A stretch of 54,778 nt of DNA, counting the filler, from Basidiobolus ranarum (lineage: Eukaryota): NCBI GenBank assembly GCA_040143965.1. It is 5 parts of 5 records of this genome, joined end to end, with 100 filler letters (N's around TTAATTAATTAA, not from the genome) between each part and the next. Parts side by side here need not be neighbours in the genome. Positions count along the whole stretch, not along the records: positions 21,987 to 32,857 come from JASJQH010007533.1; positions 32,958 to 43,822 come from JASJQH010007534.1; 3 more parts are not named here. One strand, written 5' to 3'. The stretch's first letter is position 1. Each line of letters starts with the position of its first letter. The notes beneath the pieces are model-generated. The model saw only the letters and a list, made by a program, of their open reading frames with translations, was not told the DNA's origin and searched no databases. This document shows positions 24,337-36,721 of this stretch, piece by piece. The translations under genes were made by a program, and so were the position numbers.

Positions 24337-27300
24337 ATGACTGATAATAAGGTACTTGATAAAATAGATTAGCTCTGCCCTTAAAGTACCTTACTTACTA
24401 ACACTTATACACTAACGTATCTAGTCTCAATGGTCCCAGATCGTTCCCGATTCATCTTCAGATGGTCAGATATTGACCACTGTACAAATGTTCAACGAAA
24501 GTTTTCGCGCAAGATCCAATGTCTGGGGTAAGCATACAGTTGATCCTTTAAATACATCAACGTAGGATGAAATTGACCCTTCACCTTTTTGATAGACATT
24601 CTAGTTGGAACTGAGGCCAAGTTTCCCGCTTTTTTTACGCGTGTTCTTGCTCTCTCACTTCCCATCAACAAGGAAATAGATCTTGAAGCACGTAAAGAAG
24701 TACTGGTCTTCCTCATAAACTGTTTCCAAAACTTGGAAAATCCAACTGTGAGAACCGAGTGTATGAGGTCAGTTAAAATAGGATACAAAAATCGTTTGGT
24801 AGACATTTTGTTTACGTAACTTATTCCATTCTTTAGACTTGTTTCACTTTCCATTTGGAATTGCGTTGCCTCCTCTACTCGTCGTGAAGCTGAATTTAAA
24901 GCTACTCCTCAACTCAAGAAGTTCTGGAGACACCTTGAAAAGAAATTTACCGCTGCTGGTAAGGGGAATTCTCAAATTGGATACTTTAATATCCATTACT
25001 TATTTATTTTTCGATTTGTTTTTGACGAGTACAGACGAAAACACCAAGAATAAGTTGATTTTCGAAAGAAGCTGGCTCTCTAACCTTTTGATCAGTTTCG
25101 TTGATATTTTGGATTCTATTCCACAAGAAGGAGATGGTAAGCATTGCCTTTTCAGATGAAAATCCATCTTCAAAAGACTAATCAATCTTCAATCACAGTA
25201 CCTGAATACGCCATTTCCTATTGTGAACGATTCTTGGAGTTCTTGATTGATTTAGAAGCGCAACTTCCAACTAGAAGATACTTCAATACTCTCATGGATG
25301 ACCACAACATTGTTGCTTCGTGCACACTCTCCACTATGATGAACAGAGCCGACTGGTACGTTCAACTTCTGAGATAGTCATCGCCGTATTCTGACTAACA
25401 TATCTTCGTTGCATGTCTTTCTAGTGTCCGATTCAAGCAACTATTGAATATGCTCAAGTTTTACTCACGATTTGAGATCAATGATCAAACGGGCACGGCC
25501 CTGACCGACAGTGAAATGACTGATGTACACGCGAAGAAATTAATGGAACTTCAAGTAAGTTACTTGCGATATTTCATGATTAAATAGGATGGAGATTGAC
25601 TTGTAAACATATAGCGAGTTGCCTTTGCTTCGTTCCAAACATCATTGAATTCATTGGCTTTGGCAAATATCGGAGCTATCGAGCGTAGATCCGATCTTGA
25701 AACCCACTTCAGTAAACTTTCAGATGAGGAGTTAGTTCGGTTGTGTGAAATCCTTGGTCTCCGTACTCAAAGAATCAATAAGAGTGGTGAGAATCTTCCT
25801 CGAGAATTCCTCTTGGAGATTTTGATATCCCGCTATGAGAAGAGAACAAGTCAAATAGACGCAGTGAATGCAATGCCCTTATATCCTGATGAGAATATCT
25901 TATTCGATGAATACTTGGAGGAAACTGAGAATTACACTGGAAATGAAGTTCTACCCCTTCCTAAACTTAACCTTCAATTCTTAACTATACATGACTATCT
26001 TTTACGTAACTTTAATCTTTTCCGACTCGAATCCACTTATGAAATCAGAGAAGATATCGAAGATGCCGTAAAAAGATTGGCTCCAAAGTTGGTCTACCCT
26101 GAACAGAAAACTGAATTCACCGGTTGGGCTAGAATGGCTATTCCTATCGAGTCCTTCAGCATTGTCGATATAGCTAAACCTAAGCTTGGTGACAATAAGC
26201 CTGCCAAGGTATCCGCAGACGTTACATTCAAAACTGGTCGTTACACACCATCGATACGCGAGGAATGGAACACCCTTCGTCAACATGATATCCTGTTCTT
26301 GTTAACAATCCAGGCTACTAAAGAAAGTCATGATAAACCTGTAGATGGCAAGTCATTCAAAACTCACTACGGATTGAAGTATGTTCGTGGTTGTGAAGTT
26401 TCCGCCATTATTGGTGAAGATGGTAAACCGGTGGATGAGTTTGTGGATCCAGAGGCTAAAAAACAATTACTCGAGGCGAAAACTCGTACACTTCGAGTGA
26501 TGTTAGATCCCAATCAATTCCAATTAGATATGGATCGTTTCTCGAAAAAGAAAGGGGAAGATGTTCACGAAACATTCAACGTCATCCTGCGTAGAAATCC
26601 TAAGGAAAATAACTTCAAAGGTATTCTAGAGACAGTTCGCGATTTAATGCAAAGTGAATTGGTCGTGCCCGATTGGTTGCACGATATTTTCTTGGGATAT
26701 GGTGATCCTAGCAGTGCCCATTACACTAATATGCCCAATGCACCCAAGTCCATCGACTTTCGGGATACTTTCCTGGATTATGAACATGTCAAGGAGTCGT
26801 TCAAGGATAAATCTATCGTTCCTGCCGCAAACTTTGTTGAACCGGTTTCTCCCCCTCATGTGATCGAATTCCCCCAGCCTCTACCCAAGGTCAAGGCGGG
26901 CACTAAAAGAAAAGCAGCGGAAGAAAACCAAGAGGTAGCTGAAGACCAAAACAAACTAGTCGTCAGCACTTATACTCTTCCCAATATGGGCCCTTACCCC
27001 TTCAACGTTCCCAAAAAGAATCAAATTCGATTCACGCCCTCCCAAGTCGAAGCCATCAAAGCGGGTACTAACCCTGGCTTGAGTTTGATTGTCGGTCCTC
27101 CTGGAACTGGTAAAACAGATGTTGCAGTTCAAATCATCGCCAATCTTTACCACAACTTCCCGAACCAGCGTATTCTACTCGTCACACACAGTAATCAAGC
27201 ATTAAACCAACTCTTTGAAAAGATCATTTCTCTTGATATCGATGAGAGACATTTGCTTCGTTTGGGTCATGGTGAGGAAGAGCTTGATACCGATGAGAAT

Positions 27301-28788
27301 TTTGGTAAATACGGAAGAGTGAACTCTTTCTTGGAAAAACGGTTAAGTCTCTTAAGTGAGGTAGATAGAATGGCCAGATCACTAGAAATCTCGGGAGATC
27401 ACGGATATACCTGCGAAACCGCAGGGTACTTTTATCTTTATCACATCTTGTCTCGATGGGAACCTTACATTGATAGGATGCAGAATCTTCGTAAAAGCGA
27501 GAAGGCTCTTGTGCAGACCATTGTGGAGGAATTCCCGTTCACTATGTACTTCACCAATGCCCCTCAGCCTGTATTCCCAGAATCCTCTACTTTCGAAGAT
27601 GCTCTTGAGATCGCAGAAGGATGCTTCAGACACATCAAGAATGTCTTTACCCAACTTGAGGAAATCCGTGCTTTTGAATTGCTTCGTAGCGGATATGACC
27701 GTTCCAACTATTTATTAACCAAAGAAGCTAAAATCATTGCTATGACATGCACGCATGCGGCTTTGAAACGTCGAGAGCTAGTCTCATTGGGATTCAAGTA
27801 TGACAATATCGTGATGGAGGAGGCAGCACAGATTCTAGAAGTAGAGACTTTCATTCCTCTGCTCCTTCAAGAATCCGAGGATGGTCGCTCACGGTTGAAG
27901 AGGGTTATCATGATTGGAGATCACAATCAGTTGCCACCTGTGGTTCAAAACGTAGGATTCCAACAATATAGTAATATGGAGCAGAGTTTGTTCACTAGAT
28001 TTGTTAGACTTGGAGTTCCCACCATAGACCTAGACGCACAGGGTCGTGCCAGAGCCTCGATTGCCGAATTGTTCAGCTGGAAATACAAGAAACTTGGTAA
28101 TTTGTCGGTGATTTCACAAAAACCCGAGTATCAAACAGCCAATGCGGGTTTCACCTACGATTACCAATTAATCAATGTTGACGACTATGAAGGAAATGGT
28201 GAATCAGAACCAACCAAGTACTTCTATCAGAATCTAGGGGAAGCTGAATATGCCGTTGCCATATTCCAGTACATGCGATTATTGGGCTACCCTGCCGAGA
28301 AGATCACTATCTTGACCACCTACAATGGTCAGAAGGCCCTTATCGAGGATGTTTTGAGGGTGAGATGTTCGTGGAATCCCATGTTTGGTAAGCCTGGGAA
28401 GGTCAGCACAGTCGACAAGTACCAAGGCCAACAGAATGACTATGTTATTCTTTCTTTGGTTCGCACCAAGTCCGTTGGACACATCAAGGATGTTCGACGT
28501 TTGATTGTGGCGATGTCTCGTGCTCGTCTAGGCTTCTACGTTCTCTGTAGGAAATCATTGTTTGAGAGATGTGAGGAATTGGCGGAGGTATTCGGTAAAT
28601 TCCAACAACGACCGGATAAACTCAGCCTGGAAATTAACGAGAAGTGGCCATCGAACCGCGCTGCGGAAGAGATTGGAAAGCCTTATCAGATCAAAGATGT
28701 TACTCATATGGGGGCATATGTGCACCAAATGACACAAGAGCAAGTAGAACACGCCAAAAAGAGCGAGAAAATGGATGAAACACAGTAG
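24337..28788 (+). CDS. AQR: Spliceosomal helicase Aquarius (IBP160/Cwf11)
   Basis: PTRRYFN, LPKLNLQFLTIHDYLLRNFNLFRLES, Walker A GPPGTGKT, MEEAAQ and YQNLGEAEY. Several short 5' exons precede a long terminal exon. Confidence 0.95.
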
Positions 28789-29346
28789 GCGCTGAATACC
28801 GATTATAAATCATGGACAATATCCACTGGAGATATTATCTTTCATTAAAATAAATGTATATATAAGATACTTGTTTTGAAAAACTCAATCCCTGCCTCTT
28901 GATTTACTTTATGGCATTCTCACTGTGCGTTGAGCATTTCATCACTTAGCATTATCCGCCCCGAAGCTATCTTAATCCTGCAATTCGAATCACTCCATCA
29001 CCACCGCAGGTGAATTGTAGTCACATATGCAACAAATTTAGTTAAATGGCTTGTGCATTATGGGTCGAGATTGCCAATATATAGTATCTCCTCAATTGTT
29101 CCGTTTTAAAGTTATCCTTGATTCGTCAGTAAAGTAGTCCAATCCATTCGCTACATGAGAAACACTGGAATACGAACATGGGTATCAAATTTTGTCACTA
29201 ATATGCATCTGTCATCATATTGGTTAGTCTTTCAGGGGCAGCTAAATTCATTCGCCATTCATTGTTCCGTAAAACCCTCCATCTTCACATTCCACAGTCT
29301 CGTTTAACTTTTCTTCTCTTACTTTCATATCCCTCCACATTTTTAT

Positions 29347-30961
29347 ATGAGTTCTAGAGTCTATATCGGTCGTCTTGGACGTGACGTTCGCGAGCGTGAC
29401 GTCGAGAAACTTCTCAAAGGTTACGGTGACGTTAGAGAAATCACACTGAAGAACGGTTTCGGCTTTGTTGTAAGTTAGAGGTTTATGTGACCTTAGAAAT
29501 TGTTTAATATATATAACCAAGGACGTTCCCACACTTCAAGGAATTTCGGGATCAAAAAGATGCGGAGGACGTAGTTTACGATTTTAACGGCAAAGAATTC
29601 TTTGGTGAAAGGTACAAGACATAAAAATATCCCTATATTACTGCAAGTCCCCTGGGGGGGGCTTTTGGTTATTGCCTCTTTCTCACCAATGGTTTTGAAC
29701 AAAGAATTATCGTTGAGCTTGCTCGCGGTGAACGTAAGCGTAACGAACGCCCCGAGCGTAACACTCGTGATAGAAAAGAAGCATCAAGGTGACTTTTCGA
29801 ATTTATCTTACAACTCACTCCTCCCTACATGTGACTTACAAGGTTACTTTCATAGATACGGTCCTCCTCAACGTACTCAACATCGCGTCATTGTCGAAAA
29901 TCTTGCTACAGGGGCTAGCTGGCAGGTATGGATCTCTCCGAATACACTCTTGGACAACCTGGCAGCAATGCTTTGTAATATATGGGCATTGTGAACTTGC
30001 ATGCTACCTGGGCCTATTTCTAAATGAGAAAAAATACTGGGATTATTGGCTATCAGAATACATAATTAATTTATGTAAGAATCTGTACCGGTATGGCATG
30101 CTTACTCCCATTGAGATTGATTTCTCATGGTGGGTAAACTGCTTACCAGCAACCCTTGTATGGCTGTGGCGTGTCCCAGATTATCGCATGCCATAGAGTT
30201 GTCCATTAATGGATCACATTAACTGGAGCCTAATATGAATCACCTTCCGCCTTTCTATGCACCATTTCAAAGGACCTCAAAGATTTCATGAGAAAAGCTG
30301 GAGAAGTTACTTTTGCTGACGCTCATCGCGACAGAGAAGGTTGCGGGTAAGCACATCCTTGTCTTCACACTAAGTGTATATATCATTACGATTTAACCTC
30401 CTTCACCATGATAGTGTCGTCGAATTCTCTTCGTATGATGATATGAAGAGTGCTATCAAGAAATTGGATGACTCGGATCTAAAAGGGAAAAGAGTTGTTC
30501 TCAAAGAAGTATGTAGTTATTAGTAGATTAATTACGGGTCAGATTTTAATACTTGTTTAAGGATCCTGGACGTCCTCGTCGCCGTTCTGACTCCCGTTCT
30601 CCGCGTCGTAGCTCTAGACGCTCCCGTTCTCGCTCTAGATCTCCTAGAGACAGGGGAGACCGACGCAGAAACGCCAGACCTCGCTCTAGATCTCCTAGAG
30701 ATAGAGGAGATCGACGCAGAAGCCCTAAATCTCGGTCAAGATCTCCTAGAGAGAGGGAGGAAAGACGTAAAGTATCACGTTCACCTTCCCCTGCTCGTGG
30801 TCGTCGTGTGGACTCGGCATCACCAAAACCTCGTCACTCTAGAAGTGGCAGCAGGTCACCTGTTCAAGAAAATGGCGGGTTAGTAAGAGTTTGAGGAGAT
30901 ACTGGATGAAATGGATCTATTAATCACATTATATTTTAGGAGTCCCATGGTCGACAATTAA
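29347..30961 (+). CDS. Two-RRM SR splicing factor (SRSF4/5/6, Srp2-like)
   Basis: RRM1 [19 protein letters not shown]2 signature [15 protein letters not shown] split by intron 29926-30272, RS domain, last exon ending SPMVDN*. Confidence 0.92.
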
Positions 30962-31221
30962 GCACTGAGCACCCCTTACCACATCGATTAAAGCAAAATA
31001 GGAATGACTTATAAGGTTGCTTTTAATAAGCATTTATATATTATTTGTGTAGGAAATTATTTTAGTTTATTTTGGTTGTTTGGTCATCAAATTTGAATAA
31101 ACACATTTGACGATAATATAAGATTATTTGGACACTCACCACTGCCGTTAGACAGATGGAATTTGGGAATATAATACATGTGACAAAGGCTTCTTATTCT
31201 AATCAGTAAACTAGTTCCACA

Positions 31222-32322
31222 TTACACCCCAAATACACAGTCTCGGGCTTTATGTCCAGGTTCCAAGCAATGATGACAATGGACATGATCAAAGCGACAA
31301 ACATCCACCTTTCCACATCCATTAATATCATAATTGTGTGGTCTACAAATTGCTTCTCCAGACGGTGAAAGGCGTACAGGATAGCGCAGAGGTTTTTTAA
31401 TGAAATTTTCGGATCTTGCACGTAAAAACCATGGCTCAGCTTTAGGAGTATCAATAGGTGAAGTGACTGAATGATCCAGTAAAAAGGAAGTGAACCATTC
31501 GGAAGACACAGTTCCAGGGAAAGCCTCAGATGGTGACTGAATATGTGGTAAAGCTAAGGCAAAAAGGGCTTCACTCTTTACTACAATACTTTCTACACGA
31601 GGTGTAGTGCCTAATAAAAACTGAATCACCTTCACAACACTTTCCGCATCTCGATTTCCACCAATATCTACGAATGCGATATTAATCTTTCTTTCAGATA
31701 TGAGTGTTTGTACTCTTCCGGGGTTGTGAAGAACGTCTAGACCTTCAAAAGTACAATGAGGAAATCTTCGTCGAGATTCAATAATTAATGTAGGTGATGT
31801 TTCAAGCCCTATTACTAATCCGCAATGTTGAGATAGTATATCGGTACAAATACCATAAGACGACCCAATCTCCAGTACATTGTCAGTTTGAGTAACTTGT
31901 GAGCGGGCAAGACGGCGATATTCATTTGTATGTGGACATAAAATAATGGTAGTACCGGAAGAGGTTATACGAGGATACACCGGGGATAGACGACAAGGAT
32001 TGGCTAGGTACGTTGAACTGTCCGAGTGGTAACGGACAGGTATTCTTTCTAGTCCGTTGGTGTGCGATGCTGTCGAGTTATCTTGACTGGTCGTAGTATC
32101 CAAAGACGACTCGTTCTCTGCACTAGATACAGGGGATATAACTGTAGCACGTCCAGTATTTTTATCGGAACGTAACCAAACAAAAACCTCGTCTCCTGGA
32201 CTGAATGAAAAAGCAAGTGGGGATGCTTGAGATGAGGCTGCAGTTACGGATGGATCTGGAGGGGAAAACAAGTACAACATTGGTGTAATGTCTTCATTCT
32301 TGGATTGAGTTACGTCCAGCAT
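31222..32322 (-). CDS. Uncharacterised SAM-dependent methyltransferase-like protein with C-terminal Cys/His zinc fingers
   Basis: Intronless 366-aa ORF. Motif I VLEIGSSYG, VDIGGNR, and a tail CRPHN..GC..CRFDH.HCHHCLEPGHKARDC. Confidence 0.75.
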   Translation of the reverse strand: MLDVTQSKNEDITPMLYLFSPPDPSVTAASSQASPLAFSFSPGDEVFVWLRSDKNTGRATVISPVSSAENESSLDTTTSQDNSTASHTNGLERIPVRYHSDSSTYLANPCRLSPVYPRITSSGTTIILCPHTNEYRRLARSQVTQTDNVLEIGSSYGICTDILSQHCGLVIGLETSPTLIIESRRRFPHCTFEGLDVLHNPGRVQTLISERKINIAFVDIGGNRDAESVVKVIQFLLGTTPRVESIVVKSEALFALALPHIQSPSEAFPGTVSSEWFTSFLLDHSVTSPIDTPKAEPWFLRARSENFIKKPLRYPVRLSPSGEAICRPHNYDINGCGKVDVCRFDHVHCHHCLEPGHKARDCVFGV

Positions 32323-32857
32323 ATTAGTTTACTGACTCTATGTTTAGCGAGCAAAAGTGAAGCCACGAACATGAGAAAATAAAATTCTATTAGTGAAGAA
32401 AATATAGCACGTGAGCCGGGAATGTAGTGCACCATTAGCTGAAATCAAAAAATTAGAAAATATGTAACTGAAGAAATAATTATTCATGAATATTTACTCA
32501 TTGCAAATCCCATCAGATTGTTGCTATTGTGACTAACACCAAACATTCTCATCAATTTCATATCACTTTGTGTCTATTGACTACCAACATCATCATTTCC
32601 AAAGCAATGTTCTTCATAGAAATTGGATTTGTATATTAGGGTATGGCTTGCTTTTACAGTGATTTATGAAGGCTTCATGCATCATAAATGGAGAGTCACA
32701 GGCTCAGCCTCGGTCGAACATACTCACCAATATCTGTACATGTGTTTGCCAAATATGTTGTAGAACTTTTCCCTGCGCTCATTCGTGGTGGAAACAGCTT
32801 GGATATTGTTTCAGCACGAGAAGAGACATGTATCTATTGTTGCAAAGCCATATTTCA

Positions 32858-32957
32858 NNNNNNNNNNNNNNNNNNNNNNNNNNNNNNNNNNNNNNNNNNN
32901 NTTAATTAATTAANNNNNNNNNNNNNNNNNNNNNNNNNNNNNNNNNNNNNNNNNNNN
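32858..32957. other. Artificial contig spacer
   Basis: N44-TTAATTAATTAA-N44. Confidence 0.98.
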
Positions 32958-33012
32958 ACTAACACTCGATACTTGCGGAATATTCACCTATGTAAGCCAA
33001 AAATGGTTCAAT

Positions 33013-33129
33013 CTACGATACTATTTCATATTCTTGCTGATATATAGCTGATTTGGCCGAGTGGTCTACAATCTGGCTACCGAAATTACCGCTACCACCT
33101 GCAACTGCAATTACTTTGATACCGGACAT
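33013..33129 (-). pseudogene. Truncated duplicate of the 5' end of the adjacent NmrA-like gene
   Basis: MSGIKVIAVAGGSGNFGSQIV and the upstream bases match 34477-34580. Similarity then stops and a TAG follows at 33015-33013. Confidence 0.65.
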
Positions 33130-33548
33130 TGATGCTTATATGTATTGTTGAATTTTTACTTATCTAAGAACAAATGCGGCATAATAAATATTATTCATTT
33201 GTAGTTATGCTCTAAGGCCTTATCAATCATATAATTTAATTATGTGATTTAGATTGCTTCTGATTATCAACAAAGTTGATTAAAATCGATTTAAATTTAT
33301 TGATGTACGACTTGCAAAAACCACAGCATTCAACTTGAGACTTTGCCCGGTAATCCCTTAGCTTGCAACTTTGGTGGAGTAGCATACTCTTGATCCAATT
33401 ACGATGAATTATTGTGGTGGAATAGGGTTTAGGGTTGGTTAAAAATTTGTAAAGAAACATGTTTTTATCTTTGGATTTATTGAAAGATTTTGTCAGTTGG
33501 TGAGTAGTTATTTTCAGTTGATGAATGATTCTCAACTAAGAGTAGTTG

Positions 33549-34538
33549 TTAGTTCTTATCAGCTGGTGAGTAGTTTTCAACTAAGAATTCTCGGATTGTA
33601 CTGAACTTGAAGTCAGGATATTCGCTATTATCTAACACTGGAAATTGAAATTGTCCATCCTCTACTCCAATACTTGCATGCTCATGAATAAATTCGTTGC
33701 TTGTCATGTCTTCAAGATGCGTTAAGTCGGATTTAGAGACACGGGTCACTGAAAACAAGGTCTTTGTCACTTCCTCTGCCAAGCTTATTATTTGATTCAT
33801 GGTTGCCTTATCTGCAGCAATATGGTAAGTTCGGTTCTCACTTTTCGGATTGTCAACGGTGAATGCAACAAAGCGAGCAACATCCCTGCTACTTGTCACA
33901 TGCATTGGAGTGTTTCCCTCTCCGTAGAATTTAGCCTTCCTAGAAGCTATGTCAAGGCCAAATGATGGAAAGGTTACGTATTCAAGGAACAGTCCATTTT
34001 GATAGATTGTGTATGGAAGACCTGATTGTTTGAGTGCACTGATAAATGCTTTACTAGACTCCCAAAGAGGTCCTTCTCTTCTATAAATCATATTTCAGAA
34101 TTAGTTGAAGTTGTCAAAATAAAAGGATTGATATTTATCGTAGTACCTTTCGGAATCCATTGCGAATTCGGAGGGTACAAATCGTTTGACTCCTGCCTGC
34201 TTAGATGCCTCTACCAAGGCCAATTGTGGCCCTGGGACGGCATAGTCATGTAAAGTACTGATAACCACATCCACGCCTTTCAATGCTTCTACGAGGGATT
34301 CGGGCTTGGCGTAATCTACGACAACTACTTCAACATTTTCATGTTGTGTTTTCTATTATAGAAGAATGTATAATCTGAGAAATTGTTAGGTAAATTGATG
34401 AGCTATTGTAGCTCGTACCTGCTCCCTTCTGGATAGAATCTTCACCTGGAAAGTACCACGCTTTAACAACTCTTGGACGATCTGGCTACCAAAACTACCA
34501 CTACCACCTGCAACTGCAATTACTTTGATACCGGACAT
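33549..34538 (-). CDS. NmrA/isoflavone reductase-like NAD(P)-binding protein (3 exons)
   Basis: IAVAGGSGSFG, LKGVDVVIS, AGVKRFVPSEF and RDVARFV, with two GT-AG introns. Confidence 0.9.
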
Positions 34539-34703
34539 TGATGCTTGTATGGGGATTGTTGACTTTTTACTTATCCAAGAAGCTGCACAACTGCTGCTTA
34601 TATATACCAATGAAGGCTTGTTGATTATTAATTCCGCGTTCCAGGATCATCTCAGGATCAATATATTCCAATAATTTTAATAGCATATATGCGATTAGCA
34701 TTA

Positions 34704-35051
34704 GCGGGATAACTACTAAATAGAATTTGCGGGATAACTACTAAACAGAGTTTGCGGGATAACCATCTGGTAGAGAAAAGCTACGGAGAAAATACTCTGC
34801 TATTCAAATATATACTGGAGTAATAAATAAAAGGAAAGCGAGATAGCCAGTCATATTTATTAGAGTGTTTGTGAAAGACAACTAGTCATATTTATTAGAG
34901 TGTTTGTTTATTTATTTATTAGAGTGTCTGTATATAACGATGGCTGATGATGAATGAATGCTACCAATCAATTGTAGTTACACCATTAAGCCAAAGACAA
35001 ATAGCTATCCAGTGGCAGAGTCAGAGGCAGAGGCAGAGGCAGAGGCAGAGG
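34704..35051. repeat. Cluster of short direct repeats in the NmrA/SURF1 divergent intergenic region
   Basis: GCGGGATAAC x3 at a 25-bp period (34704, 34729, 34754), AGTCATATTTATTAGAGTGTTTGT x2 (34849, 34884), and a CAGAGG run at ~35022-35051. Confidence 0.8.
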
Positions 35052-35301
35052 GGGATTATAGCAATGAATATTTTATTTTGGCAGTCACATCAATACACCC
35101 CAACTTACGTAAATTTAGGGGGGCCTATTTCGGGTACAAAATTGTCACCCAACACGACGTAGTAATCAATTTCAGAAAACTTTGTAAATTTCGTGAAGGT
35201 TGGAGCTATTGGCATAATAATTAACTGTTATAGAGAAATTTACTCGAGTTCGAAGTTGTCTCTTTTCTCCTACAATTCTTATAGAGAATAACCCAATAGT
35301 C

Positions 35302-36359
35302 ATGTTTCTCAATACCATAGGACGTAGAGTCTTACTCAATGCAAAGAGACCTTTTTTGCCCGGTAATCCCTTCCTTTCCAACTTTGGTGGGGTCCCAACC
35401 GGATTCAAATTACCTCAGAGCTCCAACTATGTTACCGCTGTTAGTTCTCGAAAAACCAATCCCTATAAGACTGGTTTCATGGTGATGTTACCTATCACCT
35501 GTTTCTTTTTGGGGACCTGGCAAGTTCAACGTTTACGTTGGAAAGTGGACTTGATTGATGAAATGGAAGCCAGATTAAGCAAAGAAGCTGTTCCCTTACC
35601 AAAGAAAATGAGGTGAGTTTTATCTCCCAAGAATCTAAAGTATCCCCAATTTTACTTAGAGTTAGAGGTTCTAAGATAATTACTTGTTACTTTTTCATAG
35701 GGAAGAGACCCTTAACAGATTAGAGTATTGTCAGGTTTTAGTGTATGGACATTATCTTCATGAACAAGAAATGTTGGTTGGACCTAGAACTCGGGGTGAT
35801 GGAGTCCCTGGTTATTTTGTCGTCACTCCATTTGTACGGGAAAATGGACAAAAGATATTGGTTAAACGTGGTTGGATTAGTAAGGATATGAAAGAAAGCA
35901 GGAGCCGACCAGAGTCTGAAGTGGGTATATTCTCCTTTAAAATGATGAAAAGTTTATTCTTTACTCTCGAGTCTCGTCACTAAACATGATTGATTCTTTT
36001 CAAAGGTTAAAGGAGAGGTGGTAATTCGTGGTTGGGTTCGTAAAAGTGAACGTCCCAATGCATTCACTCCAGACAATCATCCAGAGCGTGGTGAATGGTA
36101 TGTCGCTGATGTCGAGAAGATGTCGGAATTAGCTGGAACTGAGCCAATTATGGTAGAATTATTGGATGATGCTCCCGCACACCAACAGGCCAGTTTAATT
36201 GATAAAGGTATACCAGTTGGAAGACAACCAACCGTGGATTTGAGAAATAATCATATGCAATACATCATTACTTGGTACTCTCTAGGCGTTGCCACCAGTG
36301 CAATGTTATTCACCTTGTTACGCAAACCACCAAAGGCCAAAATTAGAAGATTCGCTTAG
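35302..36359 (+). CDS. SURF1: Cytochrome c oxidase assembly factor SURF1/Shy1
   Basis: FFLGTWQVQRLRWK, ILVKRGWI and LRNNHMQYIITWYSL. Introns 35613-35700 and 35921-36005. Confidence 0.95.
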
Positions 36360-36721
36360 AATCATTGTTCTAACTGTTCAAACCCCCTACCCCTCATATA
36401 CCATGTTAAACTCAAGACTCTCTCCTCATTTCCATTGTTTGCTACCTTTTCCAACAAAAGTATACTAAGCATGTGATCGAACCTCCCACACCTTCCATTC
36501 AAATATCTCGTTACTTGTTCATAACCATATTTCTAAAATCAGCAACGGTTCAATTGAAATTGATTCAGATTTTTATAGAAATAAATTCATCAAATTTACA
36601 AACAGCTAGACATCAAGAACAAGGAAGTGCTAGATAAACGATATATTATGGAGATTCGGTGGATTGAGTGAATCAGTATACGTATTGGGGAACGACATGC
36701 GTGTAGAATACCATCGCACTC

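Noticed and set aside
26002-28752. Antisense and alternative-frame ORFs within AQR (similarly within SWA2, NOP7, TMEM63, RPL4)
   Set aside because: Shadow ORFs of well-supported genes with no independent coding evidence.
16212-30961. Apparent cluster of RNA-processing genes (RNPS1, BRAT1, AQR, SR protein)
   Set aside because: RNPS1 is on a different contig. The adjacency of the other three has no supporting evidence of co-regulation.
32600-32857. Short ORFs at the end of contig 3
   Set aside because: No recognisable domain and truncated by the spacer, so they cannot be supported.
34704-34930. Regularly spaced short repeats suggestive of a CRISPR array
   Set aside because: Eukaryotic context, the units are tandem without unique spacers, and there are no cas genes.
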